Below, one piece after another: positions 45,401 to 54,033 of a DNA stretch of 64,000 bases. Made by a program: the position numbers and the translations under genes. The notes below the pieces were generated by a model that searched no databases, was not told where the DNA came from, and was given only the letters and a program-made list of their open reading frames with translations. This DNA comes from Macrostomum lignano (Eukaryota), in NCBI GenBank assembly GCA_002269645.1, contig NIVC01003895.1:7018-71017 (forward strand), given 5' to 3'. Position 1 is the first letter of the stretch, and each line of letters starts with the position of its first letter.

Positions 45401-46759
45401 ACATTAAAGAGCCACCATTTGAAACATTAAAGAGTCACCATGTCAAACATTTAAGAGCCACCATGTCAAACATTTAAGAGCCACCATGTCAAACCTAAAA
45501 GAGCCACCATGTCAAACCTAAAAGAGCCACCATGTCGAACATAAAAGAGCCACCATGTCAAACCTAAAAGAGCCACCATGTCGAACATAAAAGAGCTATA
45601 CCATGAAAAAAATTAAAGAGCCACTATCTCGAACATTAAAGAGCCACCATGTCAAACATTTAAGAGCCACCATGTCAAACATTTAAGAGCCACCATGTCA
45701 AACCTAAAAGAGCCACCATGTCAAACCTAAAAGAGCCACCATGTCAAACCTAAAAGAGCCACCATGTCGAACATAAAAGAGCTATACCATGAAAAACATT
45801 AAAGAGCCACTTTCTCGAACATTAAGGAGCCACCATGTCAAACATTTAAAAGCCACCTTGTCAAACATTAAATAGCCACTTTGTCGAACATTAAAGAGTC
45901 ACTGTGTCAAACATAAAAGAGCCACTGTTTCAAACATAAAAGAGCCACCAGGTTAAACATTAAAGAGCCACCATGTCAAACAATAAAGAGGCACCATGTC
46001 AAACATAAAAGAGCCACCATGTCTGACATTAAAAAGCCATCGTTTCAAACATAAAACAGTTGCCATGTAGAACTTAAAACAGCCACCATGTCAAACATAA
46101 AATTTACACAATTTCAAACATAAAAGTAAGCGAATTTTAAAGGAGCCACTATAATGCTAAGGAAATTATCGCACTAGCTACTTATTGTCTGGTGGATGCT
46201 TGCTATTTGGGGATGCTATCTATGTAGGGGATGCTTGCTATCTGGCGGATGCTTGCTATCTGGGGGATGCTTGCTATCTGGGGGATGCTTGCTATCTGGG
46301 GGTTGCTTGTAATCTGGAAGATGCCTGCTATCTGGCGGATGCTTGCTATCTGGGGGATGCTTGCTATCTGGGGGATGCTTGCTATCTGGGGGATGCTTGC
46401 TATCTGGGGGATGCTTGCTATCTGGGGGTTGCTTGTAATCTGGAAGATGCTTGCTATCTGGCGGATGCTTGCTATCTGGAAGATGCTTGCTATCTGGCGG
46501 ATGCTTGCTATCTGGGGGATGCTTGCTATCTGGGGGATGCTTGCTATCTGGGGGATGCTTGCTATCTGGGGGTTGCTTGTAATCTGGAAGATGCTTGCTA
46601 TCTGGGGGATGCTTGCTGTCTTGGGATGATTTCTTTTTGCTTCCTTTGAGTATTTTGTCTGTTTTTTTTTGTGAAGGCCTTTTTTGGCTATCTTTTTGTT
46701 ACTTGTAGAGAACAGAGGTTCTATACAGATGTCCCCCAACGGGGGGCGAAGATTGCTAG
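42492..46759 (+). mobile_element. Non-autonomous Helitron, copy C (near-identical to copy D, plus a SINE)
   Basis: TCCTATA at 42492; CTAG at 46756-46759 followed by host T. The 443-bp excess over copy D equals the SINE, its TSD and a 1-bp indel. Confidence 0.9.
44376..44784 (+). mobile_element. tRNA-derived SINE with poly(A) tail
   Basis: A box TAGCCCAGCGG, B-box-like GGCTCGATTCC, A-rich tail from 44733, flanking duplication aaagagccaccatgtcgaaaatgaaagagccac (44343-44375 / 44785-44817). Absent from copy D. Confidence 0.9.
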
Positions 46760-47012
46760 TTTTTCTCTAAAAATGTTTCCAGTTGTCTCTCCAGGTTCTT
46801 ATTACAAAGCGCACGAGCCTAATTACAAGAGTAAGTACCAATGCAAGAAGGAATGCAGCGAGTACATGAGAAAATATTGGCCCGATGTTGATATCAATGC
46901 CCCTAATATTAATCTAGCTCTTCAAAGACACTGGTTTCATAAGTACGGAGTAACCTACGTAAAAGATTACGACAGCTATTATAACTTTGCAGAAGTTATA
47001 AGGCAGTTGTAG
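46760..47012 (+). repeat. Polinton left TIR, inner part
   Basis: Reverse complement of 61819-62071; joins seamlessly to 34836 once the Helitrons are removed (atctaa|tttttctctaaaaatg). Confidence 0.95.
46773..47012 (+). CDS. 79-aa ORF in the left TIR (MFPVVSPGSYY...VIRQL)
   Basis: Intact in both TIRs, TAAAAATG start, and differences between the copies are synonymous or conservative. Confidence 0.6.
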   Translation: MFPVVSPGSYYKAHEPNYKSKYQCKKECSEYMRKYWPDVDINAPNINLALQRHWFHKYGVTYVKDYDSYYNFAEVIRQL

Positions 47013-47071
47013 TAGCCAACTACAAGGTTGTACCTGGCGGCTTATATCAATGTTACAAGTCTGAAGACGAC

Positions 47072-47929
47072 TCACATTCTCTCAATAATAATTGTTAGCA
47101 CAAACTCTTCCCCGTTAAAATCGACACCAACTCCATCCGCTGTTTCAAACTGCAGAACGATTTCATGTATCTCTCTATTACTCAGAATCACTCTTTTCAC
47201 GGGGTTTGGCTTTTGCACAAGCATTTTGCCACCAGCAACAGAGTTTGAAATGTTAAAAAGTATGTTGGTTCGTTTGCCCTTGAATATCCAATCATGGCTC
47301 AGATTGCTGCGAATTAATATATTCAAGCCTTTGACAATGTCAGCGATATTTGGCGCCAAGTACATACCGGATATTAGCCGGGACACAGCAACAGTGCCAG
47401 GCGCCTGCGGCGGGCTTTGGTCTGTGGCGCCACCATAAACTCTCTTTTCAAATCCCAACTCGCGATACCAAGTGCCATCTTTAAACTCTACCTCTGCGTC
47501 CTTATGAACTTGCAAGACAACTCTCATGACAGTTAGATCATAAGTTAATCTAACAGGGAACAGTTTATTTTCTGGTTTGCTTTCATCCGGTATCTCAAAA
47601 TGCTTTCGTTTAGTGAAGACGTTCTCCAAGAAGTAATTATAAGTATCCACGCTCTGTGTGCTGACAGGAAATATCACAACCTCTGTTGTAGTACGCTTCC
47701 ATTTGTAATAAAACTTGTTATTTTCCGCTGTCACATTGGGAACATTTGACCACCCAGTGAAATCATTGAGATAGACGTGGTAATTCGCCTCGGGATCCAA
47801 ACGAAGTGGTTGCTCCAATTTTTGAATGAAGATTCCGTTTGACTCAGTAATGCGACCCGCTACAGTGATTGGAATGCTCTCCTTAGAGTGTGAAACAATG
47901 TTGTTCAGTCTTTCGGCTATGGCTTCCAT
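47072..47929 (-). CDS. Minor capsid protein (penton-like), 285 aa
   Basis: Motifs LEQPLRLDPEANYHVYL and WSNVPNVTAENNKFYY are typical of Polinton pentons; adjacent to the MCP. Confidence 0.8.
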   Translation of the reverse strand: MEAIAERLNNIVSHSKESIPITVAGRITESNGIFIQKLEQPLRLDPEANYHVYLNDFTGWSNVPNVTAENNKFYYKWKRTTTEVVIFPVSTQSVDTYNYFLENVFTKRKHFEIPDESKPENKLFPVRLTYDLTVMRVVLQVHKDAEVEFKDGTWYRELGFEKRVYGGATDQSPPQAPGTVAVSRLISGMYLAPNIADIVKGLNILIRSNLSHDWIFKGKRTNILFNISNSVAGGKMLVQKPNPVKRVILSNREIHEIVLQFETADGVGVDFNGEEFVLTIIIERM

Positions 47930-47950
47930 TTTTTTATTGAAAAAAATTAT

Positions 47951-49246
47951 TCAAACTTTACTAGACAAGTTATTGATCATATTGACCTTGATCTTCCTCT
48001 CAAATGCATAGATAATAAACAGATCAACAGCCGTTGCGGCACCAAATTCTTTCCGCTCGATATTAGTCACAATGTTAACAGGGCTATTGTCTGTAGGCAT
48101 TTGTCTAGCAGTCACATCAACACCAAATATTGGATATAGTTTTTTATACTGCAAGGTTGTCAAAACAATACCGTTATTCTCTTTGACAGCCAGGTCCGAC
48201 AGTTCATTGTAAAACTTACTAATCTTGTTCTCCGAGAAATTCCCATTTTGTGGCAATGCAGGGTATAAATTGTCACTGATCTCATGTTGAATCGATCGAA
48301 CGTTTCCATGTAGATATCTACCTACATTAGTCGTACTCCTCATAGTGACGATAATGTACCTTGGATTGCTATAGGAGCCTTCTTTAATGCAAATATTGTG
48401 TCTTGCGTCATTGCGCTCATCTCTGCACATATAAGCTGTATAAGCAACATCAATGTCTTTCTCAATCGCCTTCAAGTATTCAGCTTTGAGTGCAGTCTTG
48501 GGCTCAATAATTTCTAAGTACAGCTCCACGCTAGTTAGCTTAATCTCCATCGATGTATGATTGGCCCCCGACCAAATTCCTCTGTTCCGATCATCTCTAG
48601 TCAGTCTAAATGTGTAGCTAAAGTTGCTTGTCAACCGATTGAAACTATTACAGAAACCACTCATAAACCTCAAAGGTACAAAAATATCTACAGACCTAAA
48701 CAACGGATTCTTAGCAGCATCGTTCTCACCAGCAAGAGCATAGTTGTATCTCTCCTTTCTCTTTTTGTAACCAGGGTCATTCTCATCTCCTGTCTGTTCA
48801 TTGGGGATGAATCCAGCACCGCTCCCCATCTGAATAAAATCCGGGTTCTCAATCAAGCATTGGGTATCATAGACCACACCAAAGTTTGCTATTCTTTCCA
48901 ATTCTGTACTTCCATTGGACACAATAAACTCTTTGAGCATATAAGCCCAGAAATTACTGGTTAGTGCGACATCCGCATTGTGTAGATCATCATTAGCATG
49001 AGCGGCGTCTGCGCCTCCTTTAGTTTTGAATTGATACGTCATATAGAAGCCGCTCCTTAGACTGTGGACACTGACCAAAGACGAACATCCGTTGTATGTG
49101 AATGTCAGCGTTTGACCTGGACCCAAATTAGTTTCATTCTGATTTTCCTGACTGGGAACTCTTACCTGAGTCGCTTTGATTGTGCTATCATCACTCAAAA
49201 TAGGCTTGTTAATTTTGTAGAAAACTAGAGTCAGTGGGTCGTTCAT
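47951..49246 (-). CDS. Major capsid protein (double jelly-roll), 431 aa
   Basis: Size, position, N-terminal DDS...NL..G.TLTF pattern, IFVPLRFMSGFC and C-terminal PIFGVDVT resemble Polinton MCPs. Confidence 0.82.
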   Translation of the reverse strand: MNDPLTLVFYKINKPILSDDSTIKATQVRVPSQENQNETNLGPGQTLTFTYNGCSSLVSVHSLRSGFYMTYQFKTKGGADAAHANDDLHNADVALTSNFWAYMLKEFIVSNGSTELERIANFGVVYDTQCLIENPDFIQMGSGAGFIPNEQTGDENDPGYKKRKERYNYALAGENDAAKNPLFRSVDIFVPLRFMSGFCNSFNRLTSNFSYTFRLTRDDRNRGIWSGANHTSMEIKLTSVELYLEIIEPKTALKAEYLKAIEKDIDVAYTAYMCRDERNDARHNICIKEGSYSNPRYIIVTMRSTTNVGRYLHGNVRSIQHEISDNLYPALPQNGNFSENKISKFYNELSDLAVKENNGIVLTTLQYKKLYPIFGVDVTARQMPTDNSPVNIVTNIERKEFGAATAVDLFIIYAFERKIKVNMINNLSSKV

Positions 49247-49278
49247 TTTTTTTAACTAAAAATAAAATAAAATAAGAA

Positions 49279-50022
49279 ATGAAGCGAAAAAGTACACAGC
49301 AGATATCTGAATTGGAGAAGCTAGCACAAGCAGAGAAACGAGTTACCGGACTAATAAATAAGGAGCAACAATCCTACAATGAGTTTGTCCAAGCAGCCAC
49401 AGAGTTTCATAAGCCTGGGTATGGAGAAGCTAAGAAAAATATTGATCAAGTCAAAGAAACTATCGACGACATACAGGAAACCCAAGTGCAAAAGGTTTTG
49501 GGCAAAATTCCAGAAGCACCACAGATACAACCGCAGCGACAGATACAGCCACAACCACAACAATCACAACAACAACAATCACAACCACAACAACAGCAAC
49601 TAAAAGTGACAGATAACATTTTTGGACCAGTAGAGCGTGTAGAACATGATGGGAAATATGTATTTGGAATAAGTATGTGGAGAAAAAATATTTATAATGA
49701 ACCAGTGAATAATATATCAACATTAAGGAAAATATTTCTGTTGTCAAAGGCTCAGAAACTAAGAGCATTCCTTTCACAGAAACCTTACTGAATTTTATGA
49801 CTAAGAACCAAGAGAGAATCTCGGACAAGCTGCTAAAGAACTACAAAGATCTAGTGACTTTTTCTCTTGCTAGAGATATAGAAATACTAAAGGTCCCAGA
49901 AGTTCTGAAACACATGTACGATAGCGGTGTCAACCTGACTAGATTCAAAAAGTACAAGCACATCAAAGTATGGTTCGGTTTGCCAGATCAGGAAGAAGTC
50001 ATTGATCAGATGAAATATCTAG

Positions 50023-50057
<35 letters not shown>

Positions 50058-50876
50058 CCACAACCACAGCAACAACATTTTACAGAAGTACTCAGGCAAC
50101 TGGAAAATGCAGATCCGACTCAAGTAGCTAAATATAAAAATGATCACCCAGATGCCTGGCAACGCTTAGAACAACACTCTCCAGATCGAATGAATAGAAT
50201 CAATCAAAGAGTTTTCACACCTCAACAAAGACAGGCACCACATGACAGTTCCATCTCTGAAAGCGAGCAGTCTTTTGCGTCACCTCCCCAGCAGCTACAA
50301 GCCCAACCGACTCCACAACCCCAAGACCAACCGCCCTCAACTGGAAAAGGAATTTCTGAAATCTACAAACGAGTAGCGGTTCTTCTAGGAGCGGCAAAGA
50401 CCGGAATGAAAGATGAAAATAGAAAAGAATTTGTCAACATCCTGGACAAAATGCTTGAGAGAAAATACATCGATAAGAGGGCGAGAGAGCTTCTGCTTTC
50501 GCGTTCAACAAAAAATAATTTATTTCAAGTAAAAATGCCGATTATTTTTGAGAAAGACGTGGACAAATACTATGACAAAGAGGAACTTAATCTTATTAAA
50601 CGCGGATCTGGACTTTTCCCTGCAGGCCACTATCCAAGAAAAGAACGCTCTGGGAATGGCCTTGCCGATTTGATCGCTCAGGGGGCCAAGATTTTTAAGG
50701 TCATTGGAGAGAACAAAGAGAACATCAAGAATGTTGCCGAAGCGGCTGGCAGTGTAGCCACAGCAGCCAAAAAGATAAAGGATACTGTAACACCTAAACA
50801 AGAGATTCAGCCTCCACTAGCCCCGCTGGCTCCACTGACCCCAAATCCAGACAGTGTGGACCCTGCAGTCTATTAG
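49279..50876 (+). CDS. Q-rich Polinton core-like protein(s); ORFs 49279-49791 and 49797-50876 are probably one frameshifted gene
   Basis: The frame of the second ORF is open from 49713 (YINIKENISVVKG...LLNFMTK). Poly-Q tracts, the VLLGAAKTG...EFVNILDKML block and GxG motifs are present. Confidence 0.6.
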
Positions 50877-50967
50877 AAGATGAGAGCTAGCATTAAAAAA
50901 GGAAGTGGTTTCAAATTTGACTAAAGGGTACTTTCCGAGGGTACAAGAAATGTAAAGGTACAAGACT

Positions 50968-51070
50968 AGTCCCAAAATGACATACCTAAGTCCCGAAATG
51001 ACACATCTAAGTCCCAAAATGACACATCTAAGTCCCGAAATGACACATCTAAGTCCCAAAATGACACATC
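50968..51070. repeat. 21-bp intergenic tandem repeat (agtcccaaaatgacacatcta)
   Basis: About 4.5 units upstream of the ATPase. Confidence 0.9.
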
Positions 51071-51114
51071 TTCTAAATTATTTATTATTAAAAAAATTTT
51101 CATCATAGAAAAAA

Positions 51115-51915
51115 ATGGACTTTTCAAACGACTTCAATCCTCACTGGACACGTAATCAGATTAAGTTTTCTCATCACGAGTCGATCCCAAGTCACTTCAG
51201 ATGCATTGTTGTTGGTTCATCAGGTTCAGGTAAAACATTCAGAGTCTTTAACATGCTTCTTAGACCTGGCTTTATCGACTATGACACTCTGCACATCTAC
51301 TCTCCCACACTGTATCAAGATGAGTATAAAATGCTGATTTCTGGATTGCAAAACAAACTGAACAAAGAGGACATTATTCAATGTTTTAATAACCAACAAA
51401 ACCTTCCCAGCAACCCAGAAATTGTAGCTGCTGAATATGCAAAGCACCTCAAAGACAATGAAAAATGGCAGAACATTAAAGTGTTCACCTATGGAGATCC
51501 ACAGGCTGATCCAAAGACCAAACTTCTACCCCAACCAGATGAGCTAGAAAAAGGGAGAAAGCATTTGATCGTCTTTGATGATTGTATGACAGGCCCACAG
51601 AAGCAGATAGAAAACTATTTTACAAGAGGACGACATAACAATTGTAATGTAATTTAGATTGCACAGAACTGGTTCGAGCTCCCGAACAAAACAATTCGTG
51701 GGAACTGTAATCTGATTCTCCTGTTTCCAACCATTCCACAGGATAGGCTAAAAAGATTTTACAATGAGGTCATTGCGCCAGCCTATTTTATAAATCCAAC
51801 AAAAAACTCAAACAGAAAGATTTCACAGGAGGAATTCGTTAACCTCTGCTTCGAAAAGTGGAACCAACCCTATCAGTTTGTCGTGATCAACAAGGAAAAA
51901 AGAACTGTAATCTAA
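51115..51915 (+). pseudogene. A32/FtsK-like packaging ATPase with an in-frame TAG at 51655-51657
   Basis: Walker A GSSGSGKT, Walker B LIVFDD, FTRGRH. The frame continues past the TAG (IAQNWFELP...KWNQPYQFVVINK) to TAA at 51913-51915. Confidence 0.92.
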
Positions 51916-51931
51916 AATTTGCTATTAAAAG

Positions 51932-52915
51932 ATGTCTATTAATTTTGCAGGTGAATCCATTTCTGGCAACAGCGCTCTTACATCAGCTCAGATATCCATC
52001 CTTGAAGGCGATATATCAACAGCGACGAAAAGATCCCAGAGATCAAACTGAATAAAAACAGACTGAAAGCCCTAGAGCGCTCCATGCACCAGTTGCAAAT
52101 AAACATGGAAGATCTCAGGCTTAAAGTAGCTAGGCAGAAGTTTGAAAGTGATAAGCTTTTTGTTGCTCATATTGAGGTGCACTAGGTGCTGTGGGAGCAT
52201 TTGGATCATAAAGAGAATTTTGAGCATCCATTTTTAGAGAATTTTTAAAAAAAATTGACAACTAGTTGGTGGTGGTTAGATTTGTTTTACGTTTGATTGT
52301 TTCGTCTGCAGTTGGCGCCAGCAGGTCTCTTCGAATCTACCTTTTTATTTGTCTATGCGCTCCATTCTACACTTGATCTCAAACAAACCGGTTAGCTCAC
52401 GAAATTTTGGGTTAGTGGTCAAATTGGTTGGCTCACGAAATTTGTGGTCAGTGGTCAAGTCGGTTGGATCACTTATTTCCCTTGTGGTCTGTGGTGCCTC
52501 TTCAACAGTATCAATATCAGGAAGATTGTGTACTCCCTCAAGACGACTGATTCTTCTCAACGATTTCTGCCATTCGGTAAAAATTAAATCTAAATAGACT
52601 TTAATTGCATCAAGTCTTTTTTTAATTCTATCATGCAACGCTGTTGACTGGTTCATGAACTCTTCTAAATTCCTCACTTTACCTGTGTTGGTTGCGACGT
52701 TTTCTTTAATTCTATCATGCAGCGCTGTTGACTGAGTCATGAACTCTTCTAAATTATTTACTTTAGCTTTGTTTGTGAAAGCTCCTCCTTCAAGAATACG
52801 CATCCGTCTATCAGTGGAATTTCCCAGAAGATTAACTGATGATCTCAAGCCGTTGATTAGCGAGACTATCGAAGTTATTTCTGACCTCAGTTCATTAGTT
52901 GCGTTTAACAACGGC
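51932..52915. pseudogene. Coiled-coil gene A split by an inversion (51932-52163 on +, 52915-52345 on -)
   Basis: Un-inverting gives ...FESDKLFV-PLLNATNELRS... in frame. One extra A in the run at 52028-52031 is also needed for a 267-aa product. Confidence 0.75.
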
Positions 52916-53483
52916 ACAAAAACTCTACCCCGTCATTACTTGTAACTCTCAGCAGTTTCGAATGGTGGAGATTCAAAAAATGCGCGATGATCTTGAAAAA
53001 AATATTTTCCACAACACAAAGAAAATTAAGCGCTATGACAGCCACTGTAAATTTTTCGACTACAGCAATATGATTCTAGGATCTGCGTCTGTTCTATCTG
53101 GATCTGCTGCAGCTGTCTCAGTGTTGCCAGTCATCACAGCCCCAATCGCAATCCCGCTCGGCTCTGTGGGTGCTGCATGTGGACTTATTTCAGCAATTAC
53201 TGGAGCATTAGCGCGAAACAGGCGAAAAAAACTAAAACAGCTACAGGAGAAGCAAGTAAAAGAGAAAGGGGTGCACACTTCAATCACAGGGTACGTTTCA
53301 AGGGCAATCGAGGATAAGTTCATTTCAGAGGATGAGTTCAAAACCATTCAGGATCTTTATGAACAATCAATTCGAATGAACTTGAACATGGTCGGTACTG
53401 ATGACATGAGTCAGCTGAAAAATGAACTCGAGAAAGTTTTTCAACATTATGCGGCAAGAAGGACAACGAGAAATGCACAATGA
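52164..53483. pseudogene. Transmembrane gene B split by the same inversion (52231-52164 on -, 52916-53483 on +)
   Basis: Un-inverting gives an intact 636-bp ORF, MDAQNSLYDPNAPTAPSAPQYEQQKLYPVITC...FRMVEIQK, with two hydrophobic segments and an ISEDEF motif as in a conserved Polinton membrane protein family. Confidence 0.8.
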
Positions 53484-53487
53484 ACCC

Positions 53488-53889
53488 CTATGAAACACAG
53501 GTACGAATAATTTCCTTGTAGGTCTTTCGTGTTTTGGTCATTGCATACAAAACAGTCATGCACAGCTCACCGCAAATATCACTGCTAAGACCTTGGAGAA
53601 TAAAGTCTGAGTGGTAAATTTTTTTATTATTTTTCCCCTTCATATAATTTCTTAGCTCTTCTGGTACTGCCGTCCCATAGCTATCAAAGTAATAACACTT
53701 GTGCTTGCGATCGGGATCAATCACCCAGCAAACCCAATGAGATCCTGGCTTGTCGGTGGTGTCAAAGTTCATGATGCCGCATTCTTTTCTTAGAGGAAAA
53801 TCAGGCAGAGTGTCCCTCATAAATATTCCTCTAAAGTTTGGGATTTCCAGTTCGTTAGCCAAATCTTCAAGAAAGTTATTTGTCGTCAT
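53488..53889 (-). CDS. Adenain-like cysteine (maturation) protease, 133 aa
   Basis: GSHWVC (His), YFDSYG (Asp), LQ...ICGELC (Gln/Cys). Confidence 0.92.
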   Translation of the reverse strand: MTTNNFLEDLANELEIPNFRGIFMRDTLPDFPLRKECGIMNFDTTDKPGSHWVCWVIDPDRKHKCYYFDSYGTAVPEELRNYMKGKNNKKIYHSDFILQGLSSDICGELCMTVLYAMTKTRKTYKEIIRTCVS

Positions 53890-53930
53890 TTTTTATGTCA
53901 TTTTTTATGAGGTTTATTAAACTTTCTCTT

Positions 53931-54033
53931 AAACCTAAACCCAATCTCCAGTGCCCGAACCCAATCTCCAGTGCCCGAACCTAATCTCCACCTCCTAAAC
54001 CCAATCTCCTAAACCTAATCTCCAGTGCCCGAA
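53931..54033. repeat. Short tandem duplications (~20 bp) at the PolB 3' end
   Basis: ccaatctccagtgcccgaac repeated. Confidence 0.8.

Noticed and set aside
25660-46100. 23-bp repeat arrays as CRISPR-like loci
   Set aside because: Units are contiguous variants with no unique spacers, there are no cas genes, and they lie inside Helitron termini in a eukaryotic context.
34837-46759. Single rolling-circle concatemer of one Helitron
   Set aside because: The three copies differ substantially in 5' sequence and array composition.
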